Assembly (NCBI GenBank): GCA_002269645.1
Contig: NIVC01001338.1
Span: forward strand, 246,639-310,638
Source of the DNA: Macrostomum lignano
Lineage: Eukaryota
Length of the DNA stretch: 64,000 nt
Direction: 5' to 3'
In this document: positions 42,151 through 55,900 of the stretch, one piece after another
Layout of the letters: every line of letters starts with the position of its first letter
How positions within the stretch are numbered: the stretch's first letter is position 1
Made by a program: the position numbers and the translations under genes
Notes under the pieces: model-generated
Told to the model about the DNA's origin: nothing
The model's input: the letters and a program-made list of their open reading frames with translations, nothing else
Database searches by the model: none

Positions 42151-44844
42151 GCACACAGTCTTGAATTTAACTAAAGAAACTAAAGCTGAATGTAAAAAAT
42201 AAACACGAACTCTCTGGGAAAAATGTAAACAGTTATTTAAGAACGTTGAGCTATTTAAAAGTACAGTACAGTTATAAACCCGGAAAATTCATAGCTACTG
42301 TCTGATTTATCAACACGTTGTTAATATTTATTCCTATTTTATTTAAGAAAACTGGGAATTTTCCGGAATCTAAACAGCTGCTGAAGTTTTACTGATTTTC
42401 CAAAGAGAGATCAGATCGACAATCCGTTCGAACTATTAGATGTAGCCACTTACCAACAGCAGATACATACATGTGGAGAATAAATCTTTTTCTTTCATTA
42501 AAAGCTACCTGCAGAGATAGCCAGCAAGCAAGGTTAAGGCAAAATAACTCTTTTTGTTCTTGTCTCCATATAGTGTAATTTTTCTAGACATAGTGGCTCA
42601 AGTTTGTAGTTCAGAAGTCCACAAGGTGAAGCATTGTGAGTTTTAAAACTGAAACATATGTTTATCGATAGCTAATGCATTCGCAAGAATTTCATGTATC
42701 GCGTCCTACTTTTGTTGTTCATGACTATAGCTGTCGTTGAAATAACAGCTAAAAAGGTAACACAAATAAAGCTGGTGTTCATTCTTCCATTTAAATGAGC
42801 AGTAGGAACAACAAAGCTTGCTCACTTATCGGATGAAATATGAAGTTGGCCCGAACTGATATCCGGAATCCTTTACCAACCAGCTGATCGTTTGTGAACT
42901 GCAACCAAGGACTTCTAGACTAGCAGGACGTAAAACTCAAAGATCGTGTAAATTTTTAGGAGGACGATTTCCTGGAAAAAATACACTGCGGAGATAGGAG
43001 CAAATCATTTTTTCATCACAAAATCAATGATTGCATTTGATCTAAGGCAGCTAAGATAACCATTCTTTTTATTTAGCACGCACAACATGTTACTCTATTA
43101 TATTTTAATGTAGTTGTGTCTTGAAAGTTTCATCTTCATATTATTTTCTTTTTATTTCATAAGCCCCAAGTTGCAAAATACTCACAAGTGGCATTAGCCG
43201 AACTTTGTATTTTTCCTTTTTAAAATCAAGTATATTTGCAATAAAAATGCTGCATTACGGTACTATTAAGCCATTATTGTAGGTATAATTCCATTTCAAT
43301 GTAGTAACTATACTAATAGACCTGTCTATGTAGTTAAATATATAAGGACAATATTTACAATATGCCCCCACCATTTTCATTTTTCTTGTTTTACCTAGGC
43401 CTCAAGTCTTTAGAAAGCTATCAGTTTTTTAAGCTAGACCTGCATATATAGGACCAAGAATATAGTCATATAGACCTAGGCACAAAAACAAGCTCTAACC
43501 ATTTTTACTAAGTAGGCCTATCTATAAGAAATATTCTAGATTTTTTTAGTATTTAACTTTTAATATTATTATTATTATTATTATTAAATTGCAAGTTTTA
43601 TAGGTTAAAATGTGTTAATAAGAAATATATTTGCATTAATAATTAACAAAATAAATAGATTAGTCGTTAGAAAAGGTAAATGTTAAATAATAGTTTAAGA
43701 AAAAGGAATTTGTTAAAATAGTTTTATATGTGTACTATTTTAAGTTTAAATTACTTTTTTAGCTAAAAATTTACATCATATAGTAGTAAAACTTCTAATT
43801 GAATTTTTGTACCTTTTGCTTATGTATTAGCTTTTTTTATGTTGACTTATATATTAAAATACAATTGACAACCTTTGATAATATTTATTTTTGCATTAAC
43901 CCTGAACAATTAAATTCTTTATATTTCAACATATTTTGTTTCAGCTGCCAGCAACAAGCTTCAATTGCCACTGCCTGATTTTCAGCCTACATTCTGAGCT
44001 TATCTACTAGCTGTGTATTGGCGAATGCTTCATGTTTGATCAACCTAATGATTGCATTATGGCATTCCATGTCCTGCTCACTTGTCACAACTCAGTGACC
44101 TAGCCTGCCACCCAAAAAGCTAGGCAGGCTGGTTGGTTTTGTGCTGGCAATTGGTTTGGTTGTCAACATACAGAAGATTGCTGTGCTCTAGTAACCAGAC
44201 AACATCAAGCTTTGAGGCTATTCTACTGTGCACTGCATTCAAGATGAGCAACTGCAGTTCTTTAACTGCTTGCTGGCTGACACTAGCACTTCAAGACTCA
44301 TTGGCACTACCTTAATTTTTGCTGGTGATGTCTTTCTTATAAATAACTCAAAGTTAATAACTTCTCTTTCACCTTAGTAAATAAAAAAGACAAGACTTTT
44401 TTTCATTTCAAATGAATTTTATTTTGTTTCACAGATCTGAAATGTGAACTTTCAACTGTTTTGACTTGCAAAGAATGTAAGATGTAATTTATAATATATA
44501 TACAGTGCATTGAAACATTAAAAGAGCAATGTATAGATACATTCTTTATACATACTGATGTAGAAAATAGAAAATGTTCTTTGTTTTTGAATTGGTTTTT
44601 TGCAATGTTTGATGTTTCAGAAATGGAAAAATAAACCAGGCACAAAGATGCACAGCTCATAATATGCAACTGCAAGGGCAAAATTGAGTAAATATTTTGT
44701 ATGACATGGTACTTGTATCTATGAAGTAAATCAAAAGTAAATCAGAAAAGTAAATTTAAATACTGTAAAGGCTTGGCTTAATTTGGAGGTCGAAATATGA
44801 GTATAATAACCAGCAGTGTAGTGTTAAGTGTTTACCAGGCATAG

Positions 44845-45014
44845 CATGCCTGGGCGCAACCTAGGGATTCACCCGGCCATTTCTATTGGCAACACACACA
44901 TGTAAGTTGCTATTGGATGGAATAGTAGTCACGTGACTATTCTCAGCCAATAGCGACTTACATGTGTGTTGCCAATAGAAACGGCCGAGTGATTCCCCAG
45001 GTTGCGCATGTATG
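44845..45014. mobile_element. P-like foldback MITE, copy 2, nested in the 4.8-kb element
   Basis: Same family as 33074-33245 in reverse orientation; flanks AGGCATAG / CGGCATAG (7/8). Confidence 0.85.
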
Positions 45015-46752
45015 CGGCATAGAATTTTTTTGTGGAACTAACAGTGCAGTTGGATTGTCATGGCCATGTGGAGTTTTATGCACGGGGTTAGTGAGGAGCA
45101 CTACATCCAGGCAATGCGTGGGCGGCCTTAGCTCCAATGGCTGCGCAACTTGTAGCTAAACTAAACAGAAAAGCAGATATCAGTATTTAAAAAGAGAAAA
45201 AATTGGCAAATTAGCAAGTACCATGAAGCTTATTTGCTTCAATTAATTTTGCACAGTCGGCCTACAGTGGCTGAAATTGGACTATCTATCAGACTCAGTC
45301 TTGCCGCACTATACCCTTAAAACATTAGTCAGCTTTCTTGAGATGTGGCATAGCAGATCAGGTTCAATGGCATGTCTATGAAGATCGCATCCTACATCGC
45401 TAAGACCACTAAAGTGAGACCTCAATGTTATGTGGGGTGAAGGACATGGGCATTGCTTCTCAGTGTGCAGTTCCCGCTGGCCAGTTATAGATATAGTGAA
45501 TTCCATTTCCAATGCTCAGTTGCAGCTGCCCAAATTCTTTCCAAGGTTGGCACCAGGCTCTACCAGCATGCTTGAGATTGCTTTCCATGGCCTCCAATTG
45601 AGACTATCGCTCTAGTTGATGTTGGAAGCCCAAAAATGCAAAACTTTGACTTGAGTGCTGCAATGATGAGCAATAGGCCTAGTGCTGGAGTCCATCCACC
45701 ACACTAAAATGTTGGTAGGTATGGGCAATGGTAAAATGAGAAATTTTGTCTTTTCATTGGAATGAACTTTCCTAAAAGGTTATACCATAAATTTTGCTAC
45801 AAACTATGCCATCATAAATTTAGGGAAACTAGCCATGTAAAAGGTAAGGATATATCATCTTTTGCCCCAACCACATTGACCCTTGCTTTTTACTAACCCT
45901 TATCCATATATTAAAAAAAACAACATTTAGAAAGTTTACTCACTTGCTAAAGTCAAATGTAATGAAGACCTTGTGGTGTCAGGAAAGACACTTTGTGGAT
46001 CACTTTAATTGGTATCCAAAAGTATATCATCTTGTGCAATGGCATTTTAGCAGGTTGATGCTTTGCAAAAATTTCCACTAAAGTCAGATAGGCACTGGAA
46101 AGATCAAAGGATTAAGTATGTCAAATACAATGCTAGACATAATTTATATCATAAGGAAATCTGTTTGAAATCTAACAAGATTAGATTTTGCAGCCTTTTG
46201 TCTAAAATGGTTGCTAGTGTAAGTTACTACCAAAAATTTAATTGGCATGATAACTATCTATCTATTAAGATAGATGATAGGATAATATATTGGTACAAAA
46301 TACTTATAGTAAAATTAAAGATTATTGAATAAAAATGTAACAATTAGACATCTAAGTACTATTTAGTATTTGGATTAGACCCTAATAGCCAAAATCTAAG
46401 TTATTAAATAATACTAATTAAAAAATCATATTTACCTATAAAAAATAAAATTAAAACTGAATATAGATAACTAAATTAATAAACAAATTTTAAATTAATA
46501 CTAAAAACTAGATTTTCATTGTCAATTATTAGAGCCAGCTTAGTTTTATAAATAGATATAAGGTAGTAAAATGAATAGGCCTAAATATTCCTAGTTTCAA
46601 AGCTTTATGAGTGCAATAAGGCCTAGGCCTAGTTTCAATAGTAAATAAATGCTAAAGTTAAGATAAATGTGGGCATGCAGTATTGTATTACCCATTTTTT
46701 AGTTTATAATAAAAGACCTATCATGACATAATAATCTAATAATTAGGCCTAT

Positions 46753-46931
46753 CATGCTTGGGTGCAACCTAGGGATTCACCCGGCCATTTCTATTGGCAA
46801 CACACATATATAAGTTGCTATTGGCTGAGAGCAATCACGTGACTACTATTCCATCCAATAGCAACTTACATGTGTGTGTTCTGTGTTGCCAATAGAAATG
46901 GCCGAGTGATTCCCAAGGTTGCGCATGTATG
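46753..46931. mobile_element. P-like foldback MITE, copy 3, nested in the 4.8-kb element
   Basis: Same family; exact 8-bp TSD AGGCCTAT (46745-46752 and 46932-46939). Confidence 0.85.
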
Positions 46932-47782
46932 AGGCCTATGATTCAAATATGATATGAAATATACCATTACAAACTAAAATTGCAATTTTAAAGGTATTAT
47001 ATTCAACAAAATATATAATTCAAGGAAGGTAAACCTAAACCAGCTGGGTGCTAGGCCTAGTTTATATAGTATAGTGTATTCAAATTTGCAATAAAAAATT
47101 AAAAATCTAAGCCTAATTAAAAGTGTAAAAACCTAGAAAAAAGGTTAGTGCCCATTTTTGTGACTAGGCCTAGGCCCTAACCATTTTTTTCTGTCTGGCT
47201 TTCAGGTAAAAACTGATAGCTTTCTAAAGACTTGAGGCCTAGGTAAAACAAGAAAAATGAAAATGGTGGGGGCATATTGTAAATATTGTCCTTATATATT
47301 TAACTACATAGACAGGTCTATTAGTATAGTTACTACATTGAAATGGAATTATACCTACAATAATGGCTTAATATTACCGTAATGCAGCATTTTTATTGCA
47401 AATATACTTGATTTTAAAAAGGAAAAATACAAAGTTCGGCTAATGCCACTTGTGAGTATTTTGCAACTTGGGGCTTATGAAATAAAAAGAAAATAATATG
47501 AAGATGAAACTTTCAAGACACAACTACATTAAAATATAATAGAGTAACATGTTGTGCGTGCTAAATAAAAAGAATGGTTATCTTAGCTGCCTTAGATCAA
47601 ATGCAATCATTGATTTTGTGATGAAAAAATGATTTGCTCCTATCTCCGCAGTGTATTTTTTCCAGGAAATCGTCCTCCTAAAAATTTACACGATCTTTGA
47701 GTTTTACGTCCTGCTAGTCTAGAAGTCCTTGACTGCAACTTTAAAATGAAAGACGTAGATTCCCGGTTTCCGTAGATCTGGT

Positions 47783-48077
47783 CCAATAATAAGCGTCATT
47801 TGGGCCAGATGTGCAACCGACAGCTCAGCCGCAGCTATTGCGCGGCGCATCTGAAGGCTGCGTACGGCTGTTCAGTCCAAGGACTGAGGGGTCGCCACAC
47901 ACCCTCAATTACCCCAGCTAAATGCTGGCCCCAATTTTACAGCTTGGGTGAACTGAAGCAATGCAGAGTTAAGTATATCTTGCTCAAGGACACAAAATTG
48001 TTCCAGTGGGATCGAGAATCGAACCCCCGGATCTCCAAGTCGTGAGTCCGACGCTCTAACCATTAGGTTGCAACCTG
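47783..48077 (-). mobile_element. tRNA-headed CORE-SINE
   Basis: B box GGTTCGATTC, MIR-like core TGTCCTTGAGCAAG...CTCAGTT-like...CTGTAAAAT-GG, and a 3' body shared with 63265-63533. Confidence 0.8.
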
Positions 48078-49802
48078 ATCAGTGCATTGTAAAGTAGTGT
48101 AATGCAATACAGATCTTACGATAGTTTAGCAAAGAGGAAATCTGTAGCTCTAACCTACGCAACGCTTTCTGGTCGCTATAAAGGCAATGAAGAAAATGCG
48201 TTATAGTTTTAGCGTTGGGTGTTTGGACCGGAGATCAGAAACTGTGGAACCCCTGCTCCAGCCAGTGGGCAGTCAAAACTGCAGCGGCTGTGAGCAGTAC
48301 AGCCGACAGCAAGCAGCACAAAAAATGTTCGAGCACCGCTTTTCTGCTATGGTCAGCTTGAAATTTCGCTTTGGAGCTCATCACGCTCATTTTTCACTTG
48401 GTAGAAGTTTTTAGGTCATACGGATATTAGAGTTTTTAGTGATAAAACAAATTATAAGCTTCTTTAGCATCCGCATATATTTAGTTGTTGACATCGGCAG
48501 AAAAGACTACTTAAAGTGCAGCTAGAGAGGAGAGAGGGGCAGAGAGCACCGCACGCCAATATGCTATTTCGGGTGAAAAACCGAAGCTTCTGTTGTATAC
48601 GCTAGGTACTGTGCCTATTGTGCCTTAGGTATTGTGCATAATTGGAGTGCGGTTTCTAAATTCGAAGCTCAACACAGTGCTACAATTGGCCACGCAAAAT
48701 GTACGCCAGTTGCCTAACATCCTACATTCTAAGCTTTGAAAATTCACTATTAGCACGTTACTTGTATTAAACAGCTTGAAAAGGCAAACAAAAATTCTAT
48801 GCGGAAAAAACTGTTTAGTTCGGGCAAAGAAACCGCTAGTTAAACCTGCAGAGATGCAGAAAGTAACACACCGTATTCCAATGCAGTTCGCACTAATCGC
48901 CCTTTTGGGTAAGTTGTTTTACCTTGTGTTGGATTATAGTGGTTTGTATGTACTTGTTGCAATAAGAAGCTAGAGCTGTCAAATAGTGTCATTTTGACTG
49001 TAAGGATTTCAGTTTAACTTATAAAATATTTCATGTTGGCACCAAAACCGGCAATCAATGCCCCCGTTAAAAAGGCGACAGAGAAAGGAATGATAGAGAG
49101 ATGCGGTTTTCGACGATTCTTCTCTCATTGTCGGTCCAGTAGAGAGATCCGATAGAGAAACCGGCTCAATCGGCCACCGCTTCCATTTCAGAGCCTTAAG
49201 TTCACATGAAATCCCCATTTTTCCCCATTTATCCCATGCGGAAGCGGCCGGGGTGGAAGAAAGATCAATTACGCTTTTCTTGTCTATTTGGGTCTGAATA
49301 GTGAGAATTTCGCAGCGGTTTGGTTGCTGGACTCACGGCTTCCAAATCGCGCTTAAGTTCACATCCTCTTTTTTTCGAATATACTACCTGTAGCTTTTGT
49401 CCTTGTACGGTTTGATGCTTAAAGCAAAAAAAGCATCTGCTCAGCACCGGCCTACATGTATGAACTTTGGCCTAACCCCACATAAGCCTAATTGACAGCT
49501 CAACACCTCCCACTAAACCTTGACCCACACTAAAAGATTCATTTCTTTTAAAAGAGAAAAGAAGAGGCAAAAACAAGTGAAATGTCTTTATGAAGTTTTT
49601 TTGCCGCTGCTTCGTATTTAGTAGGATTACAAGCAAACATACAAACCTTATAAAGATTTAGTATGTTTAGATTATACTGGATGTCTAGGATAAACTTACA
49701 AATAAACCTTCAAGTAAGTTACTGTCAACCAACCAACCTTCTAAGATAGCTGTTTTGTTGCCCCCGAGTCTGTTTGTAGCAAGATAGCGTAGTACGAGCT
49801 AC

Positions 49803-50022
49803 ATGTACTTTATTTATTCACTTTTAGCCACAATTCTGCCAATAGCCGTCAATAGTAAAGCAATAACAACTGACGACGACGCGACCTTGACGACCGACAC
49901 GACTTTGACTGAGGATGCAACTTCCGATTCCAAGGCCAGCTCAAGGCACACAGATGCGCCGACCACCACGCCCTCTGAAGTGTCTTCTATTGCTTCGGAC
50001 GACACGTTGGCACCACTACGAG
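49803..50022 (+). CDS. Candidate exon: signal peptide plus Thr/Ser/Asp-rich mucin-like stalk
   Basis: MYFIYSLLATILPIAVNS followed by a T/S/D-rich tract; would end at an AG|GCAAAT (GC) donor. Confidence 0.5.
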
Positions 50023-50117
50023 GCAAATGCTATGATTTAATTTTTGCTGTTGCTTTGGGCTATAACTAAACAGAACAAGCTAAATAACACTGCAGTAGTG
50101 TGCTCACATTGTTTCAG

Positions 50118-50218
50118 GTGTTATGACATTGGCAAAAAAATTTTTGATCGCCATCGGGGCATGCACAGGAGGGTGCCTCGTACTGGCAGCAGTTGCGTCA
50201 CTGATTTTTTCTTCAGGG
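50118..50218 (+). CDS. Candidate exon encoding a transmembrane helix of the same small membrane protein
   Basis: TTGTTTCAG acceptor; the phase-1 join gives GVMTLAKKFLIAIGACTGGCLVLAAVASLIFSSG, followed by a GTATGG donor. Confidence 0.45.
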
Positions 50219-51793
50219 GTATGGATATTGTTACACAATTACTGTTTACGAGTAAAGCCGCGGTGATCTCCATTTGTTGCAATTAAAAAATTCTAATTCC
50301 TTTTATTTTTACCTTTTCAGACTTTGTAACATCTTGCGCCGCAGTATTTCGGAACAATTTGGTCGAGTGAATGACATAGATTGTACTGTATTTTTTAATG
50401 TTCGGTCAATAAAGAACATATAACTTACACTGGAGTTCACGCGCGTTACTTTTACTAATTTAATTCAGTTACTTTACCCCGCGATACTATATAATTTAGG
50501 TAATCATTATTAGATCTGAAACTTTTCATTCTAGCTCTACATGTAAGTAATTGTATTCACAGCTGTAAACAAATAAATTGTACACTTGTAACCTCGTAAT
50601 TTCTATGCTTCAGTAGACAACTTAAAAAACTTAAAAGACAACATATGTTATTCACTATAAAAACTTCTATGAATATTTCATTTCACGTTCTTACCTATAT
50701 TACAGAAGAACCTAAACGACTCTTTTGGTCGTCGGCTTTTCTAGACACGAATATTATTGCAAAAGCTATCGAGAAGAATTCTCTATTAATTTTAATTAGC
50801 TTTTCGTCGCCATTTACATGTACATGTAAATGTTTGAAGAACTGCCAATTTCATTTTAAGATTAGCTATGATCCAGCAGAGCAACTCATTGGTCTGACTC
50901 GGTCTCGCCACGACCTATGATTCGATTCCGTGCGCAAACCGCAAACAAGGACCACTGTATAGATATAGCTATGTCATGCAACTTTGAGTAACATGTGTTG
51001 TGTATGTACTCGAATATGTATAAATTACTTGGGATGAATCAGAATTTTTTGGCTGATAGAGCAAATCAAGTACTATTTTAACTAGCAAATGCAGACAACC
51101 GTCTTAAAGCCAGTGCAGCTCTTAAAGCACTTTTTACACATGGTGAATTACAAAACATAGTTGAAAAGCTTTATTTTGTAAAATACGATGGTACCGTAAT
51201 ACCCATTGTACATAAAATCATATTGGTTTGTTTTACTGACATAGTTCGTTCTGGACATCGATAACCATTTTAAAATGGACACTGCAGGCTATATGTTCAA
51301 AAAGCGGTAGCTACGCATTGAAGTTGTAATAATTATTATTGCCGAAGCGCCTGAAAGCTCAACAGACACTTATAGAGAAATATCCGGTTTGTCTTTTGCC
51401 GTTATAGTGGTATGTACATCTATTTGAAAGCAATGCTTACTTCATTCGTATTATTTTTTGATATCCTAATCCACGAGAAATTTTTCTTTGAGTATATTTG
51501 CATTGTCATTTTAAAAAATTCAATTCGTTGGTTGGGGTGTAGTCTTGAAATTTATATATATTTTTTCCAATTATATATTGATTTTGAAAAAAGCATTTTG
51601 TTTAAACTTATTAGTTAACGTGTTAGAACTCTTTAAGGTCAAATTTACCTTAATTCTTTGAATTCAATAAATTATTAAGTTAATAATAATTCAAAGAATA
51701 ATATAAATCAAAGAATGTTATTATCATTATCATTATCATTATTATTATCCTTTATTTATTTATTACCGAGTTACCGAATTAATTTATTAAAAG

Positions 51794-51967
51794 TATGGGT
51801 ATTTTGTTGTACTTTTTATTTGCAACTCAGTTTGTCATAAATTACCATAGACTAATTTCCTTTTACAGTTCTTTCTCGCAGTTAAGTTTCTCGCCCCAAG
51901 CCCTCTCGTCTTTAACTCATAAAATATATTGCAATTCGAATCTAAGTCAAGTTGTAGTTTCACTACA
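51794..51967 (+). repeat. 5' LTR
   Basis: Direct repeat of 56336-56509; ends in ...CACTACA. Confidence 0.93.
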
Positions 51968-51970
51968 AAT

Positions 51971-51985
51971 TGGTCCGGTGAGGCG
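51971..51985 (+). promoter_or_regulatory. Primer binding site TGGTCCGGTGAGGCG
   Basis: TGG starts 3 nt after the 5' LTR. The implied tRNA end (A73, G72) resembles eukaryotic tRNA-Tyr; this assignment is inference only. Confidence 0.7.
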
Positions 51986-52032
51986 GCGAAAGATATTACT
52001 CGCATACTCAATACTCACAGAAGACAAATCCA

Positions 52033-52938
52033 ATGACGGACAGTGCAAGCAACAATTCCGCTCCTACACCACCTACAACCACGCAAGCCGCACCAAGTTC
52101 GGCCGCACCAGTGGTTACAACTGCAGTAGGAAACGCCGCCGACACCGCTATAGTCTCCCTGGCCCACCTGAAGCTGCCAATCTTCTATCGCAACAACCCG
52201 GAAGCATGGTTCCTCACGCTGGAGGCCCAGTTTATGCTCAACAGGGTGACCAACGAGACCGCCAAATTTTACCACCTAGTCTCTCATCTACCGGAGGATA
52301 TCGCGGCTCTGCACTTGTCCGCTCAGACTCCAAAACAGTACGAACAACTGAAATCAGCGATTACATCGACTCTGCAAAAGTCCAAGCAGGAGAAGGTTTC
52401 GGAAGTATTGCAAGTCTCGGACCTCGGAGGAGACAAGCCATCAATCTTCATGCGCAAACTCCGGAGCAAGATGGAGCAGTGCCAGATACAGCCCGACGAG
52501 GATCTCCTCAAGGCCACTCTGATGCGCTGTCTTCCACAGGACCTTCGTATCGCACTGTCGGGATTCCAACAGCAGTCATCCCAGCAAATTTCCGAGATTG
52601 CTGACTCGATGTTAGTCGTCAGAGGCCTTAGCTCTCCATCGCCAGCGACAGTTTGCCCAATTCAGCAGGCCGGTGCAGATAGGACACCCCAACAGCGCTT
52701 TGAGCAAGCTCCACACCGACAAGCACCTGGTAAGCCCACTGGAACAGACCCATTTAAGCCTGGCCAACGCCCCGTCGTTTGCCGCTCACACCTCTACTAT
52801 GGCCGCCGTGCTCGGTCGTGTCGCCCCTGGTGCCAGTTTCCCAAGGACAGCTCGCGTCCGATCCGAGTGCTGCATCCCAATGAAAAAACGCCATCTCAGT
52901 CGCGTTCATCATCACCTTCTCGACAGCCGGAAAACTAA
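52033..52938 (+). CDS. gag: Gypsy Gag
   Basis: 301-aa ORF after the PBS with [22 protein letters not shown] and a C-terminal [18 protein letters not shown] motif. Confidence 0.9.
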   Translation: MTDSASNNSAPTPPTTTQAAPSSAAPVVTTAVGNAADTAIVSLAHLKLPIFYRNNPEAWFLTLEAQFMLNRVTNETAKFYHLVSHLPEDIAALHLSAQTPKQYEQLKSAITSTLQKSKQEKVSEVLQVSDLGGDKPSIFMRKLRSKMEQCQIQPDEDLLKATLMRCLPQDLRIALSGFQQQSSQQISEIADSMLVVRGLSSPSPATVCPIQQAGADRTPQQRFEQAPHRQAPGKPTGTDPFKPGQRPVVCRSHLYYGRRARSCRPWCQFPKDSSRPIRVLHPNEKTPSQSRSSSPSRQPEN

Positions 52939-52965
52939 ATCGCACTGCGACCGAGGTCGCGGTGC
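52929..52965 (+). promoter_or_regulatory. Putative -1 ribosomal frameshift signal (G GAA AAC + 6-nt spacer + 11-bp hairpin)
   Basis: pol is in the -1 frame and open from 52884; hairpin GCACTGCGACC-GA-GGTCGCGGTGC at 52942-52965. Confidence 0.7.
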
Positions 52966-55900
52966 GCAGTGCCGAGATACCATCGACCACCTGTTTGGAG
53001 TTAGATGTTAAAATCAACAATACCTACAGCAAGTTTCTTGTGGATACCGGAGCCTCGGTTTCCATTGTTCCACCTCACCTCGTTAATGCACTCGTTCAAG
53101 ATACAAACGTTCGTTTAATTACTGCTACCGGAGCCGCCATACCAGTTCGCGGGTCGGTCCTACTGGATGTCTCAATCCGCGGTTTGCGTCGCGCCTTCCA
53201 GTGGACCTTCCTCGTGGCGTCAGTGGTGAAACCCATAATTGGTTACGATTTCTTGGCTCACCATGGGTTAGTTGTCGATTGTCAGCGCAAACACGTTCGA
53301 GACTCAGAAACAGGACTGTCTACTGTTACCTTGTCAATTTCAAATGTTCATTGTGGCCCATTCACTGTGTCGGTAGAACTGCCACCCAACCTGGATTCTC
53401 GGACGAGTACGCTGTTGACAAAGTTTGCAGATTGTTTTTCTTTCGTTGAAGGCGGAGCCCTTCCGCCAGCTTCAGAGGTCAAGCATGACACTGTTCACCG
53501 GCTAGACACTGGTAGTGGACAACCAATTCACTTGCGACCCCGGCAACTGCACCCTGCAAAACTACAGGCTGCAAAGCAGGAGTTTCAGCAGCTAATCGAT
53601 GCTGGCTACCTCAGACCTTCCTCAAGCGCTTGGGCGTCACCCCTCCACATGGCACCCAAGGGAGCTGGCTGGCGTCCGTGCGGTGACTATCGCGAATTGA
53701 ACAAACGAACAAAGCCGGACAACTATCCGGTTCCACACATTCAAACATTCACTCGGTACCTACACGGAAGCACTGTGTTTTCAAAGTTAGACCTTGTTCG
53801 CGCCTTTCATCAAATTCCAGTCGCCGAAGAGGATATTTGCAAAACCGCTATCACCACACCGTTTGGATTGTTCGAGTACACACGCATGCCCTTCGGCCTG
53901 AGGAATGCAGCACAAACATTTCAACGCTTCATCGACTCTGTTTTTCACGGACTGTCATTCGTCATCTCTTACATCGATGATGTCCTGATATTCTCAAAGA
54001 CTCGTGAGGACCACTACTCGCATTTGGAACAAGTTTTGGACCGCCTAAGAACACACGGCCTACAGGTTCATTTGAAGAAGTGCGAATTCTTTCAGTCCGA
54101 GGTAGATTTCCTTGGCCATCGCGTGACTCCTGAAGGAATAAAACCTCTCCAGAAGAAGATCCAAATAATCACTGACTGGCCGACACCCACGGATTCGAAT
54201 GCACTTCGGCGCTTCCTCGGTGTCGTCGGTTTCTACCGTCGATTCGTTCCCAACTTTGCCGACCGCATCTGTCCGCTGCAAGACCTACTCACTGCATCAC
54301 TACAGTCAGCAGGAAACTTCCAATGGACAGAGCAGCATCAGAAATCTTTCGAAAACATCAAACAAGCTCTCTCAGAGAGACTACTGCTGCATCATCCGGA
54401 CCCCAACTGTACTGCGTACCACCTGTACACTGATGCCTCAGCCGACTGTGTTGGTGCCGTTCTGCATCAAACCTCTTCAACCGGAACGTCACCTCTTGGC
54501 ATGTTCAGCAAGAAGTTGTCGTCATCTCAAAGGATGTACAGCACGTTCGACCGAGAACTACTCGCGGCGTACCTGGCAGTGTTGCACTTCCGCAGCCTCA
54601 TTGAAGGACTGAGCGTGACCTTGTTCACCGATCATAAACCACTAGCTCAGGCCTTCCACGCCAATCGCACCACTACGTCAGATCGCAATCAGCGCTACTT
54701 GACCGTCTTGTCCGAGTACGTGGCAGATGTCCAGTACATTCGCGGTGCAGACAACGTAATAGCTGATGCCCTTTCTCGACTGCCTGACTTCCCAGTGAAT
54801 GATCACGTGTCCAACATCGCAACAGTCGCTGTAGTCGCTGCCCCATCAAGCCAATTCCCTGTTGATCTGCCCAGTATCGCTGAAGCACAACGACCGGAGT
54901 CGTTCTCAGCTGCACCAAATATTCGATCGTATTCTCTGGACAAAGACGTCGTCGTTTGGTGTGAGACGTCAACGCCGTATCCTCGCCCGATCATTCCGCC
55001 GTCCCTCCGCGACGCCGTGATTGCTTCCTTCCATCGACTTGGTCATTTCGGCTACCGTAAAACAGCAAAACTCATCACAGAACGTTACTTTTGGCCCGGA
55101 ATGCGCAAGTCCATCAAGACCTACTGCTGGAACTGCCAGGACTGCCAACGGAGTAAAGTCACTCGCCACACTGTCTCCCCGCAACAGGCCTTCGCATTAC
55201 CATCAAATCGCTTTGAGGCGGTACACATCGATATTGTGGGACCACTTCCACCAGCTAATGCTACCACCTTTGGCCACCAGTCTGCTCGCTACCTTCTCAC
55301 GATGGTCGACCGCTCGACTGGCTGGCTAGAAGCTACACCACTGGAATCAATAACCGCGGAAGTAGTCGCCCATGCATTCGTCTCGTCTTGGGTCTCGCGC
55401 TACGGAGTGCCACTGTATGTAATCACTGATCGGGGGCGCCAGTTCGAATCAGAATTCTTTCACTCGGTCTCGTCATCAATTGGTTTTCATCGATTACGCA
55501 CAACGGCCTACCACCCTCAAACCAATGGCAAGGTCGAGCGAGCCCATCGCACCCTGAAGACGATGCTACGTGCTCGAGGCAATGACTGGCTGACAGACCT
55601 ACCTGTGGCTCTCCTCGCGATGCACGTCGCACCTGACGACCAAGGAATATCACCGTTCACCAGGGTTACGGGCGAGCTTCCGATGGTTCCGCGCATTCTA
55701 ACTTCTGAACCACTCGCCCCAACGGACATTCGGACACGGCTGCAGGAACTGCTGACAGAGTTACCGAGTCCACACGCGAAGACGCACGAACCACGGAGCT
55801 ACGTACCCAAGGACCTGGAAATGGCTGAATTCGTCTGGGTTCGGGTCGATCGCGTGCGGTCGCCGCTCGAGGCGCCGTACTCAGGGCCGTATCGCGTGAA

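Larger units (their letters stand above)
42906..47731. mobile_element. 4.8-kb non-autonomous DNA transposon with 524-bp TIRs (foldback; P/Galileo-like or hAT)
   Basis: TIRs 42906-43429 and 47208-47731 near-identical (one mismatch noticed); termini CAAGG...CCTTG; exact 8-bp TSD ACTGCAAC (42898-42905 and 47732-47739). No transposase recognised inside. Confidence 0.9.

Noticed and set aside
46063-46332. Possible THAP-domain remnant (FP...W...RFCS)
   Set aside because: Lacks the C2CH ligands and the terminal HF; resemblance too weak to support a P transposase call.
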